Shown: positions 16,847-26,124, numbered from the stretch's first letter. The stretch is 32,000 nucleotides of DNA from an uncultured archaeon (GCA_964648855.1 CAZYLT010000006.1:60001-92000); one strand, 5' to 3'. Notes: generated from the sequence alone by a model not told the origin. Made by a program: numbers and translations.

Positions 16847-18187
16847 ATGGAACCTACTAGTCAATTAACACAATTAGCCATCTTCTGGGATATTGAGAAT
16901 GTCCATGATATTCCATCAACTCATGAGCAGATTACAAATCATATTCGAGAGTCTGGGCGTGTGGTGAAAGCGTACGCTTTTGCAGATTGGGATACTAGAA
17001 GAATAATCGCTGAGAATCTCCATGAACTGGGATATGATCTCATACATGTTCCCTCACCAAAAGACAATGCAAGTGATTACAAAATGGCGTCGTACATGAT
17101 GGAACATGTTGTCCGATATCCCGAAACCGATGAATTTGTCATGATATCTGGAGACGGGGACTTCAAGCTGATAGCAGGGGCACTACGCGACAGGGGTTTG
17201 GGTCTATGGATAATCAGCAACCCAATCATAACCTCCACTGAGCTCATAGATCTGGCAACTAAATATTCTGATATCTATTCGTTCAGGCCGAGTGCGCTCG
17301 AATGTGCTGAACCCGAGGATTGCCTTTCGGATCCGGGACGGCTTGCAGACCTTAGAAGAATTGCTGGTGTCAAGCTTCAAGAGGCGATTAGAGCTATAGA
17401 GGATGCTGATAATACACCCGGAATCGGTCATGTCAAGCACGTAATCAGTGCCCTAAATCCAAATTTTGATGAGAAGATTCTGGGGTTCCAAAGCTGGACT
17501 GATTTTCTTTCATATGCAGAAGATGAAGGATATATTGAACAAAAAGGGCAGCTTCCTGGCACAATATTGACAATACCCGCAGATGCTTCCCCCGAGAGCG
17601 ACCGTATCTCGGAAGAGTCAAGGACATCCTTCAAGGTGCTCTGTGAGATTGTAGAAGAACAAATGGGCTCCGGTGAACGTCCAACACTAGACTCCATATT
17701 ACCCCGTCTTCGGGAGCGGGATATTGACTTACCGTCGCTTGGTTATCCGTCTCTTGCGGATTTTGTTCTTGCCGCCGAGAAACGCGGTTTTGTAAGGGTG
17801 GTCCCTTCTGAGGAAGAAGGGGAGCCACATATCATTCCTAATATCACATCTGATAGAGTACGGACCTGGTTTGAAGAGAATGTGAAATCCCTGTTTGGCC
17901 CCTCGGTTAAAATACCCAAAGATCAATTTCTTGAGAAAATAGCGGAAATGTTGATTCAATACAAAACAAGTCTTCGGAGATTGGAGTCATATTTGCGGGA
18001 TGAAGAGGTCAAAGAGAGCTACCAAGAAATCTTGGAAAGGTCTAATCTTCCATTCCTTCCGCCCTACCAAATGAGTCTAGCCCATGTACTACTTGGAAAA
18101 GATGTTGAGTGCGATGAAGTCATTCAGAGGGTAAATGATGAGTTGACGCCCCTAGGTATCACACTCTTTTGTGAGGCTGGGTCTTAG
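16847..18187 (+). CDS. NYN-domain (PIN-like RNase) protein with two OST-HTH/LOTUS domains and a C-terminal extension
   Basis: AIFWDIEN, KDNASD, ISGDGDF; LOTUS motifs NPNFDEKILGFQSWTDFL and DLPSLGYPSLADFV; likely ATG at 16847 (track start 16763). Confidence 0.88.
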   Translation: MEPTSQLTQLAIFWDIENVHDIPSTHEQITNHIRESGRVVKAYAFADWDTRRIIAENLHELGYDLIHVPSPKDNASDYKMASYMMEHVVRYPETDEFVMISGDGDFKLIAGALRDRGLGLWIISNPIITSTELIDLATKYSDIYSFRPSALECAEPEDCLSDPGRLADLRRIAGVKLQEAIRAIEDADNTPGIGHVKHVISALNPNFDEKILGFQSWTDFLSYAEDEGYIEQKGQLPGTILTIPADASPESDRISEESRTSFKVLCEIVEEQMGSGERPTLDSILPRLRERDIDLPSLGYPSLADFVLAAEKRGFVRVVPSEEEGEPHIIPNITSDRVRTWFEENVKSLFGPSVKIPKDQFLEKIAEMLIQYKTSLRRLESYLRDEEVKESYQEILERSNLPFLPPYQMSLAHVLLGKDVECDEVIQRVNDELTPLGITLFCEAGS

Positions 18188-18216
18188 TGTCCTTACAATC
18201 GAGGTTACTCGGGACA
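18188..18216 (+). other. Hairpin immediately after the NYN gene stop
   Basis: TGTCC...GGACA outer stem with inner CGAG-GTTA-CTCG stem. Confidence 0.3.
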
Positions 18217-18388
18217 TAGAAATCATGTTCTGTCAATTTGAGATTATACCTCTGTCGGATACCTCCTCGATTCTTGTCTTCTGTACTTATCGGTTGTCAC
18301 CTGAATATGGCTTTTGTATGGCGGAGCTAGCAGTACCATTATTCAGATGCTTTAAGAAGAAGTGAGAGAATAATATATTGAGCAACCT

Positions 18389-19360
18389 ATGACCACTGAA
18401 TCGGGGGAAACAGGCTCCAAGAGATCAGAGAAGAAAACTAAGAGAGGAAAATACATCCCCAACCTCGCCGAGTTTTACTTCAGGCCTACCTATGACTGGA
18501 GTGTTCAACAGGCGAAAAAGAACTACGAGCAAACTTCAGAAAAACTAGGAGATTTTGAATTGGACACTGTCTACTTCGAAGACTGTGTAATTGGGTTGAA
18601 AGCGATTCCTGACTCCTCCATCGATTTGGTCATTGCAGACCCGCCGTTCGGTATCGATTTTGACGGAAAAAGCGGAGCTTACAACAGAAAAGATGACTTC
18701 GTCGTTTCGGGATACGAGGAAGTGGACGAGCCCTACAGTGATTTTACTCTGAGATGGATGGAGGGACTTCCCCGTATCATTGGGAAACATGGCTCAGTAT
18801 GGGTATTCAGTGGCTGGAACAATTTGGAGTCCATTCTTCATGCTGCTCGTATCGTCGGATTAGAAACTCTAAATCATCTCATCTGGAAATATCCTTTTGG
18901 CGTCTACACGCGAAAGAAGTTCGTTACCAGTCATTACCATCTTCTCCTATTTGTGAAGAATATCGATGAATACTTCTTCAACAAGATAGAACACTACCCA
19001 CAAGATGTGTGGGAGATCAGAAGACGGTATCGCGCAGGCCAAAGGAAGAACAGCACAAAGCTGCCTCTGGAGGTAGTTGAGAGATGCATCGATTTTTCAT
19101 CCAAACCTGGTGATGTTGTTCTCGATCCCTTTATGGGAAATGGAACAACAGCAGTAGCTGCCAAATCCAATTGGAGGCATTTCTTGGGATTCGAAATTAA
19201 TGAAAATCTCAAAGATGTCATCAGAAGCCAAATATCTTCAGTTCGCCCAGGGGATGGATACACACCCTATACCATGAGACTTCCATCAGTTGACGAGCTT
19301 GCTGAGAAGTATCCAAAAGCCTACAAGGAGTACCTTAAACGAGAAAGACAGAATGAATAA
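18389..19360 (+). CDS. N6-adenine/N4-cytosine DNA methyltransferase (beta class), apparently orphan
   Basis: Motif IV DPPF precedes motif I LDPFMGNGTT; TKLP..VVERCI; GFEIN. Confidence 0.92.
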   Translation: MTTESGETGSKRSEKKTKRGKYIPNLAEFYFRPTYDWSVQQAKKNYEQTSEKLGDFELDTVYFEDCVIGLKAIPDSSIDLVIADPPFGIDFDGKSGAYNRKDDFVVSGYEEVDEPYSDFTLRWMEGLPRIIGKHGSVWVFSGWNNLESILHAARIVGLETLNHLIWKYPFGVYTRKKFVTSHYHLLLFVKNIDEYFFNKIEHYPQDVWEIRRRYRAGQRKNSTKLPLEVVERCIDFSSKPGDVVLDPFMGNGTTAVAAKSNWRHFLGFEINENLKDVIRSQISSVRPGDGYTPYTMRLPSVDELAEKYPKAYKEYLKRERQNE

Positions 19361-19395
19361 GATGGAATTACGATGACAAGAGAGGATGTGACAGT

Positions 19396-20835
19396 TTGGA
19401 TATAGAGGACCTATTTGAGAAGCATGGCTCTGCTATTGATAGATTGTCCGATGCAGTGGGCACCATAGACATCTTTGAGCGCCAGATGGGTGCCGAATTC
19501 ACTTCTTGGGAGCTTGCAATGCAAAAACGATTGAAAGAACGGCTTTCTGGCAACAAATTCAAGATCTCTGGTTTTGTACATCACACACGGGATCCATCGC
19601 TTGTTCTACTCACTCCAAGCCCGTGGTTATTGGAGGGCGTTTTTGCTTATTTCAAAAGGGACCAAGAACTGCCAAACGACGGCTCACTGGTTGAAATAAC
19701 TGGAAAGAGCATTGCAGCACCCAGACTGCTAGAACGTACTTCAAAGACAGTTCAAGCCATCACGGCAGACTCTGTGGAGAAAATATCGCAAACACACATC
19801 TCGCAGATAACACCGCCTCTCAACCTGCGTGGAATCTCTGACATGCTTTTTGAACACGTAGGAATGGCTGAGGCGAGTAAGCGAGTATTTGCTCGTTTGT
19901 TTGTGTCAAGTCCCCCATTTCAGGAGAATATCGGAGGATTGACCACAGGAATCCAAGCAATTGCCTCAAAATCCCAGGTGAACCGATTGTTATCCTTTGT
20001 GAAGAATGTTGTTCCCCCTTCAATGCGTGGACAACGAAAGAAGACAAGAAACGTGAGGGGCGTTCGGGTAGCAGTTCCCAAAATTTGGAGGATGGACGTT
20101 GGAAAGCCTTCCGTCTCAAAAATGAGAACTATCTGTACCGATAGACGAGACCCCTCTGGCTATAACGAGGTTTCACTGAGTGCGCTGACTAACAAGAAAA
20201 CCGCATCACTACCGGATGTTCCGATTGCATTGGCGTCAGAAGACTTCTGGGTTGAAACTGCAAAACCCACTGAACTGCAATTACCTATCGCGAAGGCTGC
20301 AATCACATACAAACTGATGACTCCTCAAGTTTCTACCAGAAGTATTGATGCAGGGGTAAAGCATGTGGTTTCTCGGCTTGAGAGTTTGCGTGATAGTTTT
20401 GGACTTGATCAGGGTGCATTGGCTAAAGGCCGTGTGCTTGATGCCGATGTAATAGGGCGCCCCTTGAGCACCATCAGAATCGCACGGTCCACGGCCCGCG
20501 CAAGATGGAAGGATAAGTTAATTGCAAAAGACTTGAAGAAGGCCTGGAATTCAGTATTAGAGCCCGCTCTGAAGGAGTTCTTAGAACTGACGGCGACAAA
20601 AGAGCAAGCCCTAGACCGATGGGGCGAGGAGAGCAGGATTGATAAATTCAATACAAAGGTCCTTCAAGCCCTCCAGAAACTTGACTCTGGTAAGAAAGGC
20701 TCTCTGGGACCCAATATCCAAGATATCGCTAACGAAGCAGGTGTACAGCTTCATGAGGCGGCAGATGCACTTGCTAGAATGAGGGATTCTGGGGCTGTGT
20801 ATGAGCCCCGTCCCGGCCATTTCAGAATAGTGTGA
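19396..20835 (+). CDS. Degenerate MCM-like protein (putative OB fold + eroded AAA+ + MCM lid + C-terminal winged helix)
   Basis: KSQVNRLLSFVKNVVP resembles MCM KSQLLxYVxxxAP; RPLSTIRIARSTARARWKDKLIAKDLKKA resembles the MCM lid; C-terminal GAVYEPRPGHFRIV resembles the MCM winged helix; TTG start. Confidence 0.65.
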   Translation: MDIEDLFEKHGSAIDRLSDAVGTIDIFERQMGAEFTSWELAMQKRLKERLSGNKFKISGFVHHTRDPSLVLLTPSPWLLEGVFAYFKRDQELPNDGSLVEITGKSIAAPRLLERTSKTVQAITADSVEKISQTHISQITPPLNLRGISDMLFEHVGMAEASKRVFARLFVSSPPFQENIGGLTTGIQAIASKSQVNRLLSFVKNVVPPSMRGQRKKTRNVRGVRVAVPKIWRMDVGKPSVSKMRTICTDRRDPSGYNEVSLSALTNKKTASLPDVPIALASEDFWVETAKPTELQLPIAKAAITYKLMTPQVSTRSIDAGVKHVVSRLESLRDSFGLDQGALAKGRVLDADVIGRPLSTIRIARSTARARWKDKLIAKDLKKAWNSVLEPALKEFLELTATKEQALDRWGEESRIDKFNTKVLQALQKLDSGKKGSLGPNIQDIANEAGVQLHEAADALARMRDSGAVYEPRPGHFRIV

Positions 20836-20838
20836 TCC

Positions 20839-21435
20839 TCAGCCAAAGGCGTCAAAGAACTCGTCTGGTTCTTCCCCCTCCTCGATGATATCGATATCTT
20901 GCACCCCTACTCGTTCTGCATCGTACCTCCTTGCAATGATATTTCCGTCGAACTTCTCTCTGGCTGTTGCTTCCTTCCCTCTCCAAACGTAAATGTCATC
21001 CCATGCATCAAGTACAAAAACATCCCCAGTGTCAAGGGCGGACCTATCTAATGGTACCTCGGCGAAGAATGTCTTGTCATCCTTCCTGTGGACCTGCCAA
21101 AGCTTATGCTCATGTGTTTCAAGTCTTACTTTGCGTAGAATGCCTGCTGTGTCTTGGTTAGTAATCTCGAAATCATCGAACAGCGCTTTGAATGAATCTG
21201 GTTCATTCCCTCCATCGATTCTATCGATATCGGCTTTTCCTTCTCTGGCTGTGTCATGCATCACTGCCTCTGCTGCAGTCAGGAATTTCTCATCAACGGT
21301 GGAATCCGGCCCTATCCAGAGGTAGATTTTTGGCCCCGCATCCACAAGATAGCAATCACCTTTTCCGAAGGCACCTGGGTCCTTCATGAGAACTAGGCGC
21401 CCTTGCTGAACATGGTATACAATCGGCTCAGTCAT
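20839..21435 (-). CDS. Two-domain gelsolin-like actin regulator (Asgard 2DGel type)
   Basis: Two gelsolin repeats: GDCYLVDAGPKIYLWIG..S..DEK...EPDSF and GDVFVLDAWDDIYVWRG..A..REK...EPDEF. Confidence 0.92.
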   Translation of the reverse strand: MTEPIVYHVQQGRLVLMKDPGAFGKGDCYLVDAGPKIYLWIGPDSTVDEKFLTAAEAVMHDTAREGKADIDRIDGGNEPDSFKALFDDFEITNQDTAGILRKVRLETHEHKLWQVHRKDDKTFFAEVPLDRSALDTGDVFVLDAWDDIYVWRGKEATAREKFDGNIIARRYDAERVGVQDIDIIEEGEEPDEFFDAFG

Positions 21436-21514
21436 GATTCGATGCTTTACGCCCTCACCCTTAAATCATACTTGAATGTCCTTAGAACAGAAATTTGTGC
21501 TTGAGGATAGCCTG

Positions 21515-22321
21515 TTGCCTGAACTGCCCGAACTGAAGGTAATCGCAGAAAAGATGTCACCATTGCTAAATGGCGAAAAAATCATCCAGGCATCTGTAAA
21601 TAATCATCTACCAATCCATGGTTTAACAGTGAAACAATTCAAAGAAACATTACAGGGTAAGAGAATTAATGGGTTTAAGGCAGACGGGAAGTTTCTCCTG
21701 ATTGAACTCAGTGATGATTTCGAGATCATAATCAATCCAATGTTGACTGGACGATTCACAGTTCGTGGCGTGGGCGGACGACCCTCTTCTAGCGACATCT
21801 TTCGTTTAAGGTTTAAGGCCAAATCGTTGTGGTATTCCGACAGAAAGAAGATGGGACGGGTGTATCTTGTTCAAGGGCAAGACTACGCAGATGTCGCCGA
21901 GTTTGATGATAGAGGACCATCCGCCCTCAGCCCGGACCTAAACCTGGAAGAATTTAATCGATTGCTAGAGCGTCGTCGTGGGCAAATCAAGAACATTCTA
22001 CGCAACCAACATTTCGTAAAGGGTATTGGAAATGCCTATGTAGACGAAATTCTTCTCTATGCAGGTATACTCCCGTTTCGAAAACGAAACACCCTTTCTT
22101 ATGAGGAAATCGAACGTCTTTTTCATTCGATGAAAAGTGTCTTAACGAAATTCATAGAGATTCTAAGAAACCGAACACTGCATGAACTCACTTCAGAGAA
22201 CCGTGATTTCTTAATGATACATGGAAACAAGGATGGAGTTTGCCCACTCTGTGGCGGGCGTGTGTCTGAGGTCAAAGCCAATCGATTCAAAACGAATTTC
22301 TGTCAGACCTGTCAAAAGTGA
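21515..22321 (+). CDS. Fpg/Nei-family DNA glycosylase/AP lyase
   Basis: N-terminal PELPE (implies TTG start at 21515, GAGG upstream), GKFL, H2TH GIGNAYVDEIL, Zn finger CPLC...CQTCQ. Confidence 0.92.
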   Translation: MPELPELKVIAEKMSPLLNGEKIIQASVNNHLPIHGLTVKQFKETLQGKRINGFKADGKFLLIELSDDFEIIINPMLTGRFTVRGVGGRPSSSDIFRLRFKAKSLWYSDRKKMGRVYLVQGQDYADVAEFDDRGPSALSPDLNLEEFNRLLERRRGQIKNILRNQHFVKGIGNAYVDEILLYAGILPFRKRNTLSYEEIERLFHSMKSVLTKFIEILRNRTLHELTSENRDFLMIHGNKDGVCPLCGGRVSEVKANRFKTNFCQTCQK

Positions 22322-22388
22322 CACTCTCAAAAGGCTAATGAGTACGATATGTTATCTCTCAATCATATCAATGAGGAGATGACATCTT

Positions 22389-23573
22389 ATGGACAAATGG
22401 GAAGAGGCTTTTCTACGCGAAATTGTGGAATTGGACACTAATAGCGATGAAAAGAGGAATTACGCAGAATGTGCAGAAGTCGTTGCGAGATACTGCGAAG
22501 AGGCTGGTTTAGAGGTAAGTGTTCACGATTCGCAGCATGATGGAATCAAGCAACCAAACATAGTTGCTGAGCTTGATTCGGGGGCCGAAAATACGGTATT
22601 ACTATGCACACACTATGATGTAGTTCCTGCTGGCGATGAAGAAAAATGGACCCATCCTCCATTTGAATTGCTAATCAAGGATGGAAAGGCATACGGCCGG
22701 GGAACCACGGATGACAAGGGTAACATTGTAGCCTGCGTCAGTGCAGCAAAAGAACTAATCAGCAAGGATTCATCTAAAATCAACTGGAAAATCCTGGTTT
22801 CACCAAACGAGGAAATCGGTGGTGAGTGGGGTATTGACTATCTGATTAATGGACCGCCCAAAATACGTGGTGATTTTGCCATAGTTGTTGATTCGGGGCC
22901 AAGTTACGTCAGCATTGGAGCTAGTGGAGTTGTAGCAGGAACAATAACCATCAATGGAACACAAGGTCATGCTGGTTATCCCTTCAAATTCAATAATGCC
23001 ATTCACCTCTCCATCCCCTTGATGAATGAGCTCCTTGGATACATTGACCGTCGGAGGAAGATCACATCGAAGCTTCCCGCCCCGCCAGGGAGTCCCTATC
23101 AACATCTTTGGGGACGATTCTCCATGACAATGTATCATGCAGGCAGTAAGACGAATGTCATTCCTGGAAAGGCAGAGATCTCCTTTGACTGCCGTTTAAT
23201 ACCAGAAGAAGATCCGAAGGATATAGAGAAAGATATCGTGGGGTTCTTGGCGGAAGCATCCGAAGCCATCTTCGTAAACACAGATATTGATTTCAAGGTC
23301 CGTGTACATGGCTGGGGTTCAGACCCTGAAAATCCATTCATAAAGACGCTTCATGCTGCTGTGAATGAAGCGGTGAGTCCAGAGATTCCAATATCTGCCG
23401 ACTTGGGGGGTAATGATGGTCATTACTTCACATCCGTTGGAATACCCACTGCCTGCTATGGAACAATCGCAGACGACAGCAACTTCCACGGTATTGATGA
23501 GTGGCTATCTCTAGATGATTACGAGAAAGTAAAGAACACACTAATCACATTTTCAGAGATGTGTGAACAATGA
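22389..23573 (+). CDS. M20-family metallopeptidase/deacylase (ArgE/DapE-like)
   Basis: THYDVVP, YGRGTTDDKG, NEEIGG, GHAG, NVIP, FHGIDE. Confidence 0.92.
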   Translation: MDKWEEAFLREIVELDTNSDEKRNYAECAEVVARYCEEAGLEVSVHDSQHDGIKQPNIVAELDSGAENTVLLCTHYDVVPAGDEEKWTHPPFELLIKDGKAYGRGTTDDKGNIVACVSAAKELISKDSSKINWKILVSPNEEIGGEWGIDYLINGPPKIRGDFAIVVDSGPSYVSIGASGVVAGTITINGTQGHAGYPFKFNNAIHLSIPLMNELLGYIDRRRKITSKLPAPPGSPYQHLWGRFSMTMYHAGSKTNVIPGKAEISFDCRLIPEEDPKDIEKDIVGFLAEASEAIFVNTDIDFKVRVHGWGSDPENPFIKTLHAAVNEAVSPEIPISADLGGNDGHYFTSVGIPTACYGTIADDSNFHGIDEWLSLDDYEKVKNTLITFSEMCEQ

Positions 23574-24694
23574 CGGATATACACGGGCTGGAGATTGGGG
23601 CGCCTGGTCCGTTCCTGCCGCCTTGGAGCAATGTCAAGAAGAACGCTCAGTTAATAGACAGTCTTGGATATGACAGTATGGCATTTCCTGACCATTTTGC
23701 AGGATTTGTTCCAGAGTCAACATGGACGGCAGATATTACTCCGCTTGCATTACTACAGCAGTCACCACACACATATTTCGAATTGGCTTCAATAATGTCA
23801 GCATGTTCTGTTGTTACTGAACACTGCAAGATTCTATCAGCTGTAACTGAACCCATTAGACGGCATCCTGTACTGCTTGCTCAAACCTTTCTCACGTTGG
23901 ACCATATTAGTCAAGGGCGAGCAATTCTTGGCATTGGTGCGGGGGAGGGAGAGAATCTCGAACCCTATGGTTTGAACTATTCCGGCCAGCTTGGAAAACT
24001 CCGCGAAGCACTCCAAATCATAAATATGATCTGGGAGACTCATGAACCATTTGATTTTGATGGAGAATTCTGGACCCTCAGAAATGCTGTTATGTCGCTG
24101 CGTCCCGCTGTGCAAGGTAAACCACCACCGATTTGGATCGCAGCCCATGGACCTAAGATGTTGGAACTAGCTGCAGAATTTGGTGATGGGTGGATACCGA
24201 CTCTCCTGCATCCCAAAGACTATGCAGAAAAGCTGCGGGTTTTGAAATCAACCAGAGAGAAACTGGGCAAAAACGGGACTTTTACTGCTGCATTATGGAA
24301 TTGGTGTATTTTGGACGAGGATGAGTCCACATGTTATCGCTTAATGCGGACTCCCTTGGCAAGGGCCTTCGCTCTATTGCTACCAGCAAACGATTGGAAA
24401 CGACTCGGGCATCAGCACCCCTTTGGGGATGATTTCTATTCCTTACGCGATTACATTCCTATGAACTATGGGAGAGAGGAAGTGCTTGAGGCAATCGAGC
24501 ATGTTCCTGATGAAGTGCTTGAAGCATTTTACATGATTGGCGGCACAGAAGAGATACTATCGCAATTGGAGGAATACTGTACCGCTGGACTTGAGCATAT
24601 CATCCTTTGGAACACTACGGGCATGTTCGATTTAAAAAAGACTAAGGGGTCATATGGAATCATGAAGGAGGTCCTTTCTTATGTCAAGGGATAG
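23570..24694 (+). CDS. Luciferase-like (LLM) oxidoreductase, probably F420-dependent
   Basis: FPDH, VTEPIRRHP.LLAQ.FLTLDH.SQGRAILGIGAGEGEN..PYG, IWIAAHGPKML..A..GDGW. Confidence 0.9.
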   Translation: MTDIHGLEIGAPGPFLPPWSNVKKNAQLIDSLGYDSMAFPDHFAGFVPESTWTADITPLALLQQSPHTYFELASIMSACSVVTEHCKILSAVTEPIRRHPVLLAQTFLTLDHISQGRAILGIGAGEGENLEPYGLNYSGQLGKLREALQIINMIWETHEPFDFDGEFWTLRNAVMSLRPAVQGKPPPIWIAAHGPKMLELAAEFGDGWIPTLLHPKDYAEKLRVLKSTREKLGKNGTFTAALWNWCILDEDESTCYRLMRTPLARAFALLLPANDWKRLGHQHPFGDDFYSLRDYIPMNYGREEVLEAIEHVPDEVLEAFYMIGGTEEILSQLEEYCTAGLEHIILWNTTGMFDLKKTKGSYGIMKEVLSYVKG

Positions 24695-25244
24695 AATCTT
24701 GCTTGTCACTCAAAATGAGCACAAACTGCGTGAGCTGACCCCTCTTTTCAAACATTATGATTTGGCCTTTGAAACTTCTCCTCTCGAGAAGGTCGAAGTA
24801 CGCTCGAACTCTATCGAGGTTGTTGCACGCGAAGCTGCGAAACATGCATTTGCTGAGGCTGAGAGACCCCTTGTGTTGGACGATACGGGTCTATTCATTG
24901 ATGCTCTCAATGGATTTCCTAAGGCCTATCCTGCGTTTGTATTGGAAACCATTGGTGTTGATGGGATTCTAAAACTGATGCAGGGCGAAGAGAATAGGTC
25001 TGCTAGGTTTGTTACTGCCGTTGGATTTGCAGATTCCGACACTGTTGAAGTATTCGTTGGTGAGATGATCGGAACAATATCTCTGAAGGCAGTTGGGAGT
25101 GAAGGATTTGGTTATGACCCGATTTTCATACCTGAGGGAAAAGAACGGACATATGCGGAATTGAGTTTCTCGGAGAAGACAGATATCTCCCATAGAACCC
25201 GGGCATTTACTCAGTTCCTTGAGTGGCATAAAGACCGTGTCTGA
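24681..25244 (+). CDS. rdgB: Non-canonical purine NTP pyrophosphatase (RdgB/HAM1, dITP/XTP)
   Basis: VTQNEHKLRE, DDTGL.IDALNGFP, GFGYDPIF, EK..ISHR.RAF. Confidence 0.94.
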   Translation: MSRDRILLVTQNEHKLRELTPLFKHYDLAFETSPLEKVEVRSNSIEVVAREAAKHAFAEAERPLVLDDTGLFIDALNGFPKAYPAFVLETIGVDGILKLMQGEENRSARFVTAVGFADSDTVEVFVGEMIGTISLKAVGSEGFGYDPIFIPEGKERTYAELSFSEKTDISHRTRAFTQFLEWHKDRV

Positions 25245-25287
25245 CAATTCTTAAGACAGACCTTGTATCTTATGTTAGTTGATACAG

Positions 25288-26064
25288 ATGTCCGTCAGTG
25301 AAAAAACTCTGAAGGCCTTGAAGGAATTTGGTCTGACTGAATATGAGGTGCAGTGCTACGTTTCTCTTGTAGACGGTGGAGAGATGTCAGCATCGGACAT
25401 CAGTTCTAGTTCAGGCGTTCCTTATTCGAGAGTATATGACGTGCTGGGCAGATTGGAAGAAAAGGGATTCATTCAATCACGCCGAGGGCGACCCACTATG
25501 TATATTCCAAAGGCACCGACAGAGGTTGCTCGACTGGTGAGGATTACATGGGAAACCCGCTTAGAAACAGCAAGTAAAGCAGTTGTTGAGGAACTGCAAC
25601 CACGATTCGAACAGGAAACTCAGGTGACAACACGCGATGTGTACTTGCTTCATGGCAGAGCCGCAATTCTAGCCAAAGCTCTGGAGATGCTTGATTCAGC
25701 GAAGGAAGAGGTTGTCCTATCGGTTCCCACACTGGATGTGGATGCAGTTGATATTGATACCGACCTCAAGGACCTCTCAGATGTTGTAGATCGGATACTC
25801 ACACTCAGAATAGCAAGAGTTAGAGTCTTGACGGCTGACATTCCCGAAGAGATACGCGCTGTGCTTCCCGATTCTATCGAGGTGAGAACCAGGCCGCGAG
25901 TGTTTGGCATTGGCATGGTGACTGATGCGAGAGAGACCTTGATTATGCTTGCGGGAACTGGCGAAGATATGACATTCTTGGGAATTTATTCATCCCATGG
26001 GGTATTTGCTGAAATTGCCAGTACGTATTTCAATTCGCTTTGGAAGGAAGCAAATCCCGTGTAG
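25288..26064 (+). CDS. TrmB-family transcriptional regulator / chromatin protein
   Basis: LKEFGLTEYE...SGVPYSRVYDVLGRLEEKGFI...GRPTMY wHTH, plus effector-like domain (AKEEVVLS...VTDARETLI). Confidence 0.92.
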   Translation: MSVSEKTLKALKEFGLTEYEVQCYVSLVDGGEMSASDISSSSGVPYSRVYDVLGRLEEKGFIQSRRGRPTMYIPKAPTEVARLVRITWETRLETASKAVVEELQPRFEQETQVTTRDVYLLHGRAAILAKALEMLDSAKEEVVLSVPTLDVDAVDIDTDLKDLSDVVDRILTLRIARVRVLTADIPEEIRAVLPDSIEVRTRPRVFGIGMVTDARETLIMLAGTGEDMTFLGIYSSHGVFAEIASTYFNSLWKEANPV

Positions 26065-26124
26065 CTTTTTAGTGGTTTTGCAGTATAGAATCACATATTA
26101 TCTTTCATCTCCTGTATCATCTTT

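Noticed and set aside
18171-18365. 64-aa + strand ORF and short minus-strand ORFs between NYN and the MTase (possible antitoxin)
   Set aside because: No protein-like features or coherent SD/promoter support
6014-20835. BREX-like system (AlkP/PglZ-like + MTase + MCM/BrxL-like)
   Set aside because: The AlkP-like gene is about 12 kb away across housekeeping genes, and no BrxC, PglX-sized MTase or Lon domain is present
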